DNA from: Ignavibacteria bacterium
GTDB taxonomy: Bacteria; Bacteroidota; Ignavibacteria; Kapaibacteriales; UBA4661
NCBI GenBank assembly: GCA_013298775.1
Contig: JAAFIV010000014.1
Coordinates: 30,197 to 94,196, forward strand
Direction: 5' to 3'
Length of the DNA: 64,000 nucleotides
Shown here: positions 26,951 to 36,036 of the stretch, piece by piece
Layout: the number at the start of each line of letters is the position of its first letter
How positions within the stretch are numbered: position 1 is the first letter of the stretch
The notes under the pieces: model-generated
Database searches by the model: none
The model's input: only the letters and a program-made list of their open reading frames with translations
What the model was told of the DNA's origin: nothing
Translations under genes and position numbers: made by a program

Positions 26951-27382
26951 TTATTGCCCATCCAAAATAAACGCATCCGCTTCAATTTCTACCAGCATTG
27001 CGGGGTCAATGAGGCGCGAAATTTCATACATGGATGACGCGGGCAAAATCTGCCCGAAAACCTCACCATGCGCTTTGCCAATCTTTTCCCATTCGTCAAT
27101 ATTTTTCACAAAAACACGCGTTCTCACGACATCCTTGAGCGACGCACCTGCTTTTGCAAGAACCGTTTCGATGTTCTTTAGTATTTGCACCGTCTGTGCG
27201 TAAGAATCGCCCACGCCGACAATTTCTCCCGTTGCGTAATCAACAGCCGTTGTGCCTGTAACCCAGACATTTGGTCCGATGCGCACTACGCGGGAATAGC
27301 CAACAATGGATTCCCATTTCGCGCCAGTAGAGATATTGATACGTTCCTGTTTCATGATTCCGACTCTTTGATTTTTACTCAC
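26951..27382 (-). CDS. ridA: RidA/YjgF-family reactive-intermediate deaminase
   Basis: [46 protein letters not shown] is the RidA family signature region. Confidence 0.8.
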   Translation of the reverse strand: MSKNQRVGIMKQERINISTGAKWESIVGYSRVVRIGPNVWVTGTTAVDYATGEIVGVGDSYAQTVQILKNIETVLAKAGASLKDVVRTRVFVKNIDEWEKIGKAHGEVFGQILPASSMYEISRLIDPAMLVEIEADAFILDGQ

Positions 27383-27407
27383 TTTTTACTCGCTTTTTAC
27401 TCGCTTT

Positions 27408-27710
27408 TTACTCAATCACCGCAAGTTTGTACGGATGAATCTCAATCTTCTCCCAAACCTTGCCGATAATGTATGGTTCTGCGGCGTACCACGCGTCAAA
27501 CTCGGCTTCTGTTGGGAATTGCAATGCCATTGTCGAGCCAATCATCGTACCGTGTGCGTCCAACATTGCACCACCGAAAAGAAAACAGCCACGCGCTTTT
27601 AATGCTTTCGCGCCCTCAAGATGCGCTGTACGAGCCGCCATGCGGCGTTCCAGTGCTTTATCGTCGGTGTAGTCTTTGGCGTAGATGAGGTATTGTTTCA
27701 TGGATTCCAC
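27408..27710 (-). CDS. YciI-family protein
   Basis: About 100 aa; YciI-like dimeric alpha+beta barrel pattern (HLEGAKALKARGCFLFGGAMLD). Confidence 0.7.
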   Translation of the reverse strand: MESMKQYLIYAKDYTDDKALERRMAARTAHLEGAKALKARGCFLFGGAMLDAHGTMIGSTMALQFPTEAEFDAWYAAEPYIIGKVWEKIEIHPYKLAVIE

Positions 27711-27716
27711 CTAGAA

Positions 27717-28682
27717 TTACCAATGTCGTTCGTTTTTGAATAAAAATTCATCAACATACTCCTGCACAGCATCTTCTAAACTGCGGCACGGCTTGTAAAT
27801 CCGCGTTGTTTGGAGTTTTTCAAGGTTTGCTTCGGTGAAGTATTGGTATTGATTGCGCAAATACTCTGGCATTTCAACATATTCAATCTTTGGAACGCGC
27901 CTCATTGCTTGAAAGAGGACGTGTGCAAGTTCATTCCACGAATGCGCTTGCCCAGAACCGAGATTGTACAACCCGCGAATTTCGCCGTAACGAAACATTT
28001 CATAGAGCGTATCGCAAACATCCTTCACGTAGATAAAATCACGCTTCTGCTCGCCATCAGCATACTCAGGACGATACGATTTGTACAACGACATCGTGCC
28101 TGTGGCTTGAATACTACGAAAGCCTTGCCAAACAACGCTTGCCATCGCGCCTTTGTGGTATTCATTCGGACCAAAAACGGTAAAGAACTTAATGCCCGCA
28201 AACTTCGATTCTAAGCCATTCCTGATAACCCATTCGTCAAACATTTGCTTGGAATAGCCATACATCGTGAGCGGCTGCAAACCCTGACAAACACTATCGG
28301 AGAAGCCTTGCTCACCGTTGCCGTAGGTCGTTGCGCTGCTGGCGTAGAGAAGCCTGATATTGCGGGCTTCGGCGTAATCCGCCAACGCAGCACTGTATCG
28401 GTAATTATTTTCCAGCAAGAAATCCGCGTCGGCTTCTTGTGTCGCCGTGTGTGCGCCGAGATGAAAAATCGCCTCGACTTCCGCGCCGTACTCGCCGTCA
28501 ATTAAATTATCAAGGAAATCGGTTTTGTGAACAACGTCAATGTATCGCTTGCCAACGAGATTGCGCCATTTCATGCCTGTTCCAAGCGCATCAACGATGA
28601 GAATATCCTCTATTCCCTTGTCGTTGAGCGTTTTGACCAAGCACGAACCAATAAATCCTGCGCCACCCGTTACGATTATCAT
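27717..28682 (-). CDS. hldD: ADP-L-glycero-D-manno-heptose 6-epimerase
   Basis: MIIVTGGAGFIGSCLVKTLNDKGIEDILIVDAL; SDR-extended epimerase, HldD/RfaD-like throughout. Confidence 0.85.
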   Translation of the reverse strand: MIIVTGGAGFIGSCLVKTLNDKGIEDILIVDALGTGMKWRNLVGKRYIDVVHKTDFLDNLIDGEYGAEVEAIFHLGAHTATQEADADFLLENNYRYSAALADYAEARNIRLLYASSATTYGNGEQGFSDSVCQGLQPLTMYGYSKQMFDEWVIRNGLESKFAGIKFFTVFGPNEYHKGAMASVVWQGFRSIQATGTMSLYKSYRPEYADGEQKRDFIYVKDVCDTLYEMFRYGEIRGLYNLGSGQAHSWNELAHVLFQAMRRVPKIEYVEMPEYLRNQYQYFTEANLEKLQTTRIYKPCRSLEDAVQEYVDEFLFKNERHW

Positions 28683-28715
28683 ACAATTCTCAATTTATAG
28701 CTCTGTATCTGCGAG

Positions 28716-28812
28716 GGTCTCAATTCTTATTGAGGCTCTCGCTTGCCCCCATACTGCCTTGAGTGAGGCTCTCGCGCCCCGAAGACGGGGAGCGAGAGCC
28801 TCACAAATGCTT
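28716..28812. repeat. Family D hairpin repeats (GTGAGGCTCTCGC type), two stem-loops
   Basis: gagggtctcaattcttattgaggctctcgc and gtgaggctctcgcgccccgaagacggggagcgagagcctcac. Confidence 0.5.
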
Positions 28813-28821
28813 GTTTGCAGC

Positions 28822-30375
28822 TTACACCGTTGCCTTGAACGCAGAGGTGAAATCTTTCAACACATCGTTCAATTTTGCGGCGGTGTCGCTGTCAATCTCT
28901 TGTTTATCAGCAATCGCATTCAAAATATCTTTGTGGCGAACTTCCATGCGCTCAATCAATTCTTGCTCGTAACGCTTTACCGCACTCACGGGCAATTCGT
29001 CCAAATACGCATTAGTTGCCGCATAAATGATGGTGATTTGCTTCTCAACCGTAAGGGGCGAGTATTGATTTTGCTTCATAATTTCGTTCAAACGCTCACC
29101 ACGACGAAGCTGCTGCTGTGTCGCTTTGTCGAGGTCGGAACCGAAGCGTGCAAACGCCTCAAGTGCGCGGTAGGCAGCTTGTTCCAATTTCAGCGTACCT
29201 GAAATTTTCTTCATCGCCTTGATTTGCGCATTTCCACCCACGCGCGATACCGAAATACCGACGTTGAGCGCGGGACGAACGTTCGAGTTGAAGAGGTTTG
29301 ATTCGAGGTAAATCTGACCGTCGGTAATCGAAATTACGTTGGTTGGGATGTACGCCGATACGTCGCCTGCTTGTGTTTCGATAACGGGCAATGCCGTCAG
29401 CGAGCCTGCGCCTTTTTCATTGGACATCTTCGCAGCACGCTCCAAAAGGCGGCTATGAACGTAGAATACGTCGCCCGGGTACGCCTCGCGTCCTGGAGGA
29501 CGGCGCAAAAGCAACGACACTTGGCGATACGCAGCCGCTTGTTTGGTCAAGTCATCGTAAATTACGAGTGCGTGTTTGCCGTTGTCGCGGAAGAATTCAC
29601 CCATTGCCGTACCGCAATACGGCGCAATGAACTGAAGTGGTGCGGGGTCGGAAGCATTTGCCGCAACGATAATGGTGTAATCCATTGCGCCATGCTCACG
29701 AAGTACGCCCCAAACGTTTGCAACGGTTGATGCTTTTTGACCAATCGCCACGTAAATACAATAGACTGGCTCAATACCGCGTTTTTTCGCTTCTTCGGTG
29801 TGCGTGTATTTTTGGTTGATAATCGCATCCAACGCAACCGTTGTTTTGCCCGTTTGACGGTCGCCGATGATAAGTTCGCGCTGACCGCGACCAATCGGAA
29901 TAAGCGCATCAATAGCTTTGATGCCTGTTTGAAGCGGTTGTTTTACGGGCTGACGGAGAATTACGCCTGGAGCTTTGCGTTCAATCGGGTAGAATTTTCC
30001 TTTGGTGTCAATCGGCGCACCACCGTCAATAGAAACGCCAAGCGGGTTCACAACCCGACCAAGAAGTTCTTCACCAATCGGCACAGATGCAACGCGCCCT
30101 GTACGCTTTACGGTATCGCCTTCGCGCACCAAACGGTCATCGCCGAAAAGTACCGCACCAACGTTGTCTTCTTCGAGGTTCAATGCCATGCCCACAACGC
30201 CGTTGGGGAATTCGAGAAGCTCAGAAGCCATACACTTGGAAAGACCGTAAATACGCGCAACACCGTCGCCAACTTGGAGAACAGTGCCAACTTCGTACAC
30301 ATCAACTTCTTTGTCGAAATTGCTTAATTGCTGACGAAGTATCGTCGAGATTTCATCAGGGCGAACTGCAGTCAT
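28822..30375 (-). CDS. atpA: F-type ATP synthase F1 alpha subunit
   Basis: Walker A GDRQTGKT; full-length alpha subunit similarity. Confidence 0.95.
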   Translation of the reverse strand: MTAVRPDEISTILRQQLSNFDKEVDVYEVGTVLQVGDGVARIYGLSKCMASELLEFPNGVVGMALNLEEDNVGAVLFGDDRLVREGDTVKRTGRVASVPIGEELLGRVVNPLGVSIDGGAPIDTKGKFYPIERKAPGVILRQPVKQPLQTGIKAIDALIPIGRGQRELIIGDRQTGKTTVALDAIINQKYTHTEEAKKRGIEPVYCIYVAIGQKASTVANVWGVLREHGAMDYTIIVAANASDPAPLQFIAPYCGTAMGEFFRDNGKHALVIYDDLTKQAAAYRQVSLLLRRPPGREAYPGDVFYVHSRLLERAAKMSNEKGAGSLTALPVIETQAGDVSAYIPTNVISITDGQIYLESNLFNSNVRPALNVGISVSRVGGNAQIKAMKKISGTLKLEQAAYRALEAFARFGSDLDKATQQQLRRGERLNEIMKQNQYSPLTVEKQITIIYAATNAYLDELPVSAVKRYEQELIERMEVRHKDILNAIADKQEIDSDTAAKLNDVLKDFTSAFKATV

Positions 30376-30430
30376 AGTTCAAACCTTTGGTAAAAATGGT
30401 TAAATGAAAATAGAGTTTTTGATTCGTGCA

Positions 30431-30528
30431 TTGGTAGCGCAGACAAACTGAGGGAAGCCCTCAGTTTGTCTGCGCGGTGTTAGTGCGGCATTGAAGAAGG
30501 CACAGACAAGAGTGTCTGTGCTACTAAA
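30431..30528. repeat. Family B hairpin repeat
   Basis: ttggtagcgcagacaaactgagggaagccctcagtttgtctgcgc ... ggcacagacaagagtgtctgtgctactaa. Confidence 0.7.
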
Positions 30529-30540
30529 AACAGACGAATG

Positions 30541-31077
30541 CTACCGAAGGCGGAATAAATCTGCCGCATCCTGCTTTTCAATTTTCAAGCGGTCTGGATT
30601 AACAATCGGCTTGACGGCTTCATTAACTGCGTCAAACGCAATAGAAATATCACCGTTCCGCACTAAGTTTGGCATTCCAGTAATGGATAAAATGCCATTA
30701 TTTTTGCAAAATTCTTTCACAGTGCGTAAATCACCTCCGGGCGCAAGATAAATAACGTTTGCACCAACACCTACGCTTGCGAGTTGCCCACTTTTTGCGG
30801 CACTGGCTTTCATTCCAAGAGCTTCAAACGCCTCGACAACTTCATCTTTAACATCGCCCGTTGCATCACCATAGACGACAACAACTTTTACACCCTCTTT
30901 AGGAAGGGATTTGTTGTAGGCAAATACTTTCCGAAAAAAGCGAGCTTGCACCGAAACAGGTACAGGCATATCTTGTGCATGGCAAGTGTCGCTCAAAAGG
31001 GCGATGATTGCCATGAAACAACAACAAAATATCAGGACTTTCCCCGTCCAAATGTTCTTCATTGCAAGAAATTCCAC
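30541..31077 (-). CDS. DUF4154/YfiR-like periplasmic protein embedded in the atp operon
   Basis: Signal peptide; ARFFRKVFAYNKSLPKEG, VVVVYGDATG, GILSITGMPNLVRNGDISIAFDAVNEAVKPIVNPDRLKIEKQDAADLFRL match the YfiR-type fold pattern. Confidence 0.55.
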   Translation of the reverse strand: MEFLAMKNIWTGKVLIFCCCFMAIIALLSDTCHAQDMPVPVSVQARFFRKVFAYNKSLPKEGVKVVVVYGDATGDVKDEVVEAFEALGMKASAAKSGQLASVGVGANVIYLAPGGDLRTVKEFCKNNGILSITGMPNLVRNGDISIAFDAVNEAVKPIVNPDRLKIEKQDAADLFRLR

Positions 31078-31172
31078 AAAATGCTTTTTTCAGGCTCATA
31101 CCACAACGTGTACCACAGCGTGTACCACAAAGAGCGCACAGAATCTGGCGCGCCGAAAAAGCGGATGAGAGT

Positions 31173-31727
31173 TTAGTTATTAAACGCACCCTGCATAAGA
31201 CGTTTTTTCAAAACTTCGAGTTGGCGTTTGATGCTGTTGTCCACCATGCTATCGCCAATTTTAACAGTGAAACCACCAACGAGTGCAGGGTTTACATTGT
31301 AGGAAGCCACAGGCTTTTTGCCCGTGTATTCTTCAATTTTCTTTGTCAGTTTTTCTTGTTGTGCCGCATCCAATTCAACAGCAGAGGTAACTTCAATCAG
31401 AATCAAGCCCTGACGCTCATTGTAAAGCGTTTCAAATGATGCTAATACCGCAGAAAGCTCATTGATACGGCTTTTCTGGATGAGAAGCTCAAGGAAATTG
31501 ATTGTTGTCGGCGCAAGTTGTGATTTCTCCGCAATGACTTTGAGTGCGGTAGATTTCTGGCTTGCTTTGATAATTGGGCTTTCCACAAAAAGTGCGAAAT
31601 CGCGTGATTCGGCGAGCATTTTGCGTAAACCGCGCACATCGCTCATTGTGGTTTCGAGTGTATTAGACTGACTTGTTTCAGCGAACAACGCTGAGGCATA
31701 ACGAATAGCGACACGTGATTGTACCAT
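31173..31727 (-). CDS. atpH: F-type ATP synthase F1 delta subunit
   Basis: MVQSRVAIRYASALFAETSQ; OSCP/delta family, 184 aa. Confidence 0.85.
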   Translation of the reverse strand: MVQSRVAIRYASALFAETSQSNTLETTMSDVRGLRKMLAESRDFALFVESPIIKASQKSTALKVIAEKSQLAPTTINFLELLIQKSRINELSAVLASFETLYNERQGLILIEVTSAVELDAAQQEKLTKKIEEYTGKKPVASYNVNPALVGGFTVKIGDSMVDNSIKRQLEVLKKRLMQGAFNN

Positions 31728-31824
31728 GAGAATTCTTCAAAAATGGCGTTGCAAAAAGTAGTAGTGGTCGTAATAAACAAGAGCAATGGTGGAATAACTA
31801 CGTCGTAGATGTTGCTGTAATTTT

Positions 31825-32325
31825 TTAATTTTTCGCTTTTTGGATTTCATCAATAAAGCCATCAACAAGTTTCTTTTGCTGACCAACATCCAATTTTTCT
31901 TTCAGGATTTTTTCGGTTGCCATAATCACCAAGCTCGCTACTTCTTCGCGAAGCGACTGCATTGCTGATTGCTTTTCGCGCTCAATTTCCGTGCGGGCTT
32001 CATTCAATTTTTGCTCTTTTACTTTTTCTGCTTCTTGCAATGCTGCTTGCACTTTTGCTTGCGCTTCTTCGCGTCCTTGGCGCACGATTTCACTCATTTC
32101 CTGCTGTGCTTTTGCCATTTTCGCATCATTTTCTTGCATGAGGCGCGTAGCATCGGCACTCGCTTTTTCTGCACGGGAAATAGCTTCTTCAATAGAACGC
32201 TCACGCTCGGAAAGCGCGGTTGTAAGCGGCTTCCAAGCGAGTTTGCCGAGCAACAGGGCAAAAATTGTAAAGTTTACGATTGTCCAAACAATAAGTCCGG
32301 GCGAGACGCTCAATAAGCCATCCAT
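31825..32325 (-). CDS. atpF: F-type ATP synthase F0 subunit b
   Basis: Single N-terminal TM then long Ala/Glu/Lys/Gln-rich coiled coil; 166 aa. Confidence 0.85.
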   Translation of the reverse strand: MDGLLSVSPGLIVWTIVNFTIFALLLGKLAWKPLTTALSERERSIEEAISRAEKASADATRLMQENDAKMAKAQQEMSEIVRQGREEAQAKVQAALQEAEKVKEQKLNEARTEIEREKQSAMQSLREEVASLVIMATEKILKEKLDVGQQKKLVDGFIDEIQKAKN

Positions 32326-32438
32326 AATGGTTCAAAATTTCAGTGAAACAAGTTTAGTAGTATGAGATTTTGCAAACACTTTGCTTGGGGAAATCTGATT
32401 TTACGCGCCTTTTTATGTACCCTACAAAAAATCTTCAG

Positions 32439-32516
32439 TAGTGGCACAGACATTCTTGTCTGTGAGTATTGGCGTGTTTCAGGCGACAAACACAGACAAG
32501 AATGTCTGTGCCACTG
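32439..32516. repeat. Family B hairpin repeat
   Basis: agtagtggcacagacattcttgtctgtgag ... cacagacaagaatgtctgtgccactgaagc. Confidence 0.7.
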
Positions 32517-32676
32517 AAGCCTGATTTTATGAAGCCTACAGAGATTTTGCCTGATACTTCAAGGTGCTTTCCACAGAACAAGGCTTTTGCAAAAGCTCAA
32601 TGATAATGTACAAAAAAGATTGTGCTTCAAACCCGCTTCAAATCTAGGTTTGAAGCACAATCAACGCTGTAAAAAC

Positions 32677-32907
32677 TTACGCTTTTACTGCCAAAAGGAT
32701 ACAAATTACCAGCGCGAAGAAGGCAGCACCCTCGATAAGAGCAGCACCGATAATCATTGTGGTACGCAAGTCGCCTGCGGTTTCGGGCTGGCGGCTGCTT
32801 GCTTCAAGCGCAGCAGCTACAAGCTGACCAATACCAATGCCTACGCCGATGATGGCAATGCCTGCACCCAAACCGGCAGAAAGATATGCTAAAGCAGCAT
32901 TTGTCAT
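32677..32907 (-). CDS. atpE: F-type ATP synthase F0 subunit c
   Basis: 76-aa two-helix proteolipid, GAGIAIIGVGIGIGQ ... conserved carboxylate E in helix 2. Confidence 0.9.
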   Translation of the reverse strand: MTNAALAYLSAGLGAGIAIIGVGIGIGQLVAAALEASSRQPETAGDLRTTMIIGAALIEGAAFFALVICILLAVKA

Positions 32908-33062
32908 GATAATTCTCCAGAAATAGTAAGAAATGAATAAAAATGAACTCTATGAGAGTTTTGTGTCAAAGTTTGGTTAAAATTTTTCTCAAAAGTCTGC
33001 TGGATAATGAACAATGCGTTCTCCACACCTCAGCCCTCATCCCTCAAACTTCATCCTTCACC

Positions 33063-34160
33063 TTAGTGGTGGTCGTGCGCGTGGTCGCCAATCGCCATGC
33101 CCGTAAATACTGCCGTCAGCATCGTAAAGATGTACGCTTGCAAGAAGGCAGCGAGTGTTTCAAGGAAATAGACAAACACGGAAAATGCAACACTCGCGGG
33201 AGCAACGAAAATGCTTTTGAAGAAGAAGATAAGTCCCATAAACGCGAGCAATACGATGTGTCCTGCTGCCATATTCGCAAAAAGACGCATCGTAAGAACG
33301 AACGGCTTGATAAAAAGGCTCAGAATCTCAATCGGCACCATGATAGGAGCCATGTAGAGCGGTGCGCCGCCCGTCAAGTGCGCAAACCACGCACCAATGC
33401 CGGACTCACGAATAGCGGTGAAATTGATAACAAGGAAGGAAATGATTGCCAAGCCCGCCGTTACGCCGATTGCGCCTGTTGCGGAGTGTCCGCCCGGAAT
33501 CAAGCCAAAGATATTCAAAACGAGGATAAACGTGAAAAGCGAAAGGAAATACGGCAACATCCGCTCTGCCGTTGCGCGAGGTTTGATGTTCGGATAGACA
33601 ACTTCATCACGCATATAGATAACTACTGTTTCCAAGACGTTTTGAATGCCGCTCGGAGCTTTTTTCGGATTTTTCTTGTATCTGCCTGCCACAATCAAAC
33701 CGATTGCCAAAATGGTAAACATAGCAAACCATTCAAACAGCACGAAATTGGTGATAGACAAATCCAGCTTCGGCGGCTTCATATCTGCCTTGCGCACAGG
33801 ATGACCTTTCATCATCGTAAATTTGCCAGCTTCCTCCATTTTTGCAGGGCTGGAATACGCATGGAAATTGCCTTCGTCCCACATCATCATTGGTAAATCG
33901 GCAACATGACCGAAAAGAACAAAACCATGATGGTCGCCGAGTTCGCCCAGAAGGTGCGTAAATACTTCGCTTGGTGGCACATCGTGCGAACCGTGTGCGT
34001 CATGCCCAGCAGTTGCGGCGTGCGCGGCTGCTGTGTGTGCAGCAGCTTCACCGTGTTGAGTGGCATTTGCTGAAGCGTTTGCGCTCGCGTTTGCCGAAGC
34101 AGGTGCCTCGTGCGAAGTGGATTGAGCTAATTGTGAGGATTGATGCGTATCAGCGTGCAT
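33063..34160 (-). CDS. atpB: F-type ATP synthase F0 subunit a, with His/Ala-rich N-terminal extension
   Basis: C-terminal conserved MRLFANMAAGH...; N-terminal about 100 aa low complexity (ASANASANASANA, HTAAAHAATAGHDAHGSH); C-terminal GDHAHDHH; true start may be internal. Confidence 0.85.
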   Translation of the reverse strand: MHADTHQSSQLAQSTSHEAPASANASANASANATQHGEAAAHTAAAHAATAGHDAHGSHDVPPSEVFTHLLGELGDHHGFVLFGHVADLPMMMWDEGNFHAYSSPAKMEEAGKFTMMKGHPVRKADMKPPKLDLSITNFVLFEWFAMFTILAIGLIVAGRYKKNPKKAPSGIQNVLETVVIYMRDEVVYPNIKPRATAERMLPYFLSLFTFILVLNIFGLIPGGHSATGAIGVTAGLAIISFLVINFTAIRESGIGAWFAHLTGGAPLYMAPIMVPIEILSLFIKPFVLTMRLFANMAAGHIVLLAFMGLIFFFKSIFVAPASVAFSVFVYFLETLAAFLQAYIFTMLTAVFTGMAIGDHAHDHH

Positions 34161-34209
34161 ATTGTGAATGGATAATTGACGTTGATAAGAGTAGTATTTT
34201 GCGCGTTTT

Positions 34210-34282
34210 GTGGCGCAGACAAGAGTGTCCGCGCTACCCAGATAAACACTGGCTTCGGTAGAACAGACACTCTTGTCTGTTC
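34210..34282. repeat. Family B hairpin repeat
   Basis: tggcgcagacaagagtgtccgcgctaccc ... ggtagaacagacactcttgtctgttcc. Confidence 0.7.
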
Positions 34283-34316
34283 CTCTTACAATATTTTGAC
34301 TATTTTGACTGGCGAC

Positions 34317-34655
34317 CTACGACACGCCAGAAGCCGCTTTCTTCCTTGCTTCGTAGCGTAATTGCTGAAGGTGAATATACCAGATTTCAGCCGCCATTGA
34401 GAGAATATAGGCACTGAGGAGCGTGAGCGTGAAAGCGAGTTGGTGCAACTTTGCAACTTTTAAGCCGTACCACGAAACGCCGAGCATACACACCACGCGA
34501 GCAATCATGCTGGCAATAATGGTGGAAAGGCATTCCTGAATATCTGCACTGCGCTGTGCTTTCCGAAACGACAATACGGCGGCAATGATATTCGCCAGCG
34601 CGAGAAAGAGTGCTGCTGCTACGCTTTGAGCAATGATACTTGTTTCGGCGGTCAT
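34317..34655 (-). CDS. atpI: ATP synthase protein I-like small membrane protein
   Basis: About 113 aa hydrophobic protein immediately upstream of atpB; start taken at MTAETSII; 4-nt overlap with the atpZ stop. Confidence 0.45.
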   Translation of the reverse strand: MTAETSIIAQSVAAALFLALANIIAAVLSFRKAQRSADIQECLSTIIASMIARVVCMLGVSWYGLKVAKLHQLAFTLTLLSAYILSMAAEIWYIHLQQLRYEARKKAASGVS

Positions 34656-34909
34656 GGCTTCGGAGCTGTTGGTTTTGATTTCGATGATTTCAATACCGAG
34701 CGAATCATTTTTGTCATGCCGACAATCACGCCGAGAACCAGCATTCCAACAAAGCCCCATGGTGTTGTTCCGACGTATTTATCCGCAAACCAACCAACCA
34801 AGCCGAATACACCGACCGTTCCAGCGAGTTCCGTTCCGATATTCATATATGGAGCGAGTTCCTGCCAAACCTTGCTTTTCTGCGGTGTTTGGGGCGTTTG
34901 AGCAGCCAT
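34652..34909 (-). CDS. atpZ: AtpZ/AtpI-family putative F0F1-ATPase accessory subunit
   Basis: 85 aa; GTVGVFGLVGWFADKYVGTTPWGFVGMLVLGVIVGM matches the AtpZ pattern (G..lD...gT.PW). Confidence 0.55.
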   Translation of the reverse strand: MAAQTPQTPQKSKVWQELAPYMNIGTELAGTVGVFGLVGWFADKYVGTTPWGFVGMLVLGVIVGMTKMIRSVLKSSKSKPTAPKP

Positions 34910-35073
34910 AATGATACCTTGTTCGGGGAAGTAAACTCAAAATATAGCAAAGCGTACAAAATTACAGTGTAAACCCTTCTCTTCAAACAAAAAATTCCCC
35001 ACAGTGGATTTTTCCTGTAAATTTTCTGTGCGTCACGTACCCATTTTTTTGTCATGGCTCATCAAACCTTGCT

Positions 35074-35838
35074 TTACATCATATCACGATGATTCGCAAT
35101 ATCATCAAGGCTCATTGCCCAAAGAGCTGTTTCATTGGGTAAAATTCCTGCAAGCGTGTATTCGTGGGCGGAGACGAGCAGCGTTGCTCGTGCTTCTGCA
35201 ATCTGCTTCATTATTTGAGAGCGCGTTTGCTCTTGGTTTTGGAGAATTGCGCAATACTTATCCCAGAGTGGCGCGAAGAGACGTGCTTTCCATGTGAGAA
35301 CGTTTCCTTCGCCAAATTCTCCTGCAAAACTCTTCATCGGAGCTTGTGTTAATGCGCTCTCTACGCTTGTTGCCAAATTTTCCTCAAAGCGCAGCATAGC
35401 AATATCACCCTCGCCAAGCGCACGATGCCCGAAATCCCGCACAAACCAAAACCACGCCGAGCGAGCAACTATCGTCGTTGGCAGCTTTCCAGCTTGCATT
35501 GATGCCCTGTCTGCGTCGGAAAGCGAGCGTAGCATTCCGCCAAGCGATGTCAGTGCCATTTCAATAGTCTGAACACCGCGCTGTTGCTTGCTGTATTCCG
35601 ACCATACGCGAAACCGCTCCATATCTCGCTTACAGCGTTCTTGCGCTTCGTGGAATTGTATAGCTTTTGCAGCATATTCCTCCAAACACCGCTTATATGC
35701 TTGCAAAGCAGGTGTGAGTGTATGCTCTGCTTGCAAAGGAAATGCGCCAGAACGCCCTATTCGTGCAATGACGGAACCACACAACCGTGAGCGTTGTTGA
35801 GAAGAGGGGAGTATTTCTTGTAAAAATGAAGATTCCAT
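35074..35838 (-). CDS. Hypothetical protein (254 aa), no recognisable domain, first gene upstream of the atp cluster
   Basis: Long ORF with coding-like composition; no motif recognised by eye. Confidence 0.45.
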   Translation of the reverse strand: MESSFLQEILPSSQQRSRLCGSVIARIGRSGAFPLQAEHTLTPALQAYKRCLEEYAAKAIQFHEAQERCKRDMERFRVWSEYSKQQRGVQTIEMALTSLGGMLRSLSDADRASMQAGKLPTTIVARSAWFWFVRDFGHRALGEGDIAMLRFEENLATSVESALTQAPMKSFAGEFGEGNVLTWKARLFAPLWDKYCAILQNQEQTRSQIMKQIAEARATLLVSAHEYTLAGILPNETALWAMSLDDIANHRDMM

Positions 35839-36036
35839 AATGATATGAACGTGTTCTTTTTGCTAAACTGTGTCGAGAAATCCAGCACAGCCGCCAAATC
35901 TACAACTTTCCCGCTAACTTTTTCTGCAAAACGTATTTTTTCCGTAGCTCGCAGCACAATTTTTTCTAATTTTGTACGTTTTGTGAAGTACGCTACTCAA
36001 TAACTTCTTTCTTTTCATTCTTTTACAATTGTTGAT

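Noticed and set aside
27340-27410. Tandem tttttactcgc x4 upstream of ridA, and gttgtgtaataa x3 at 22010-22060
   Set aside because: These are short AT-rich direct repeats in promoter-proximal DNA. They are noted only; there is no evidence for a discrete element beyond simple sequence.
32439-32470. Family B arms read TGGCAC-N5-TTCT, resembling a sigma-54 -24/-12 promoter (rpoN is in the window)
   Set aside because: The essentially invariant GC at -12 is missing (TTCT instead of TTGC). The motif is present in both orientations as part of a palindrome, and copies lie at 3' ends of genes. It is more parsimoniously a REP-like hairpin.
33063-33400. AtpB N-terminal 100 aa as a separate gene or fusion
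   Set aside because: There is no internal stop or separate ribosome-binding site, so it is kept as a single CDS. The true start may be internal (MMMWDEG or MEEAGKF), which cannot be resolved from sequence alone.
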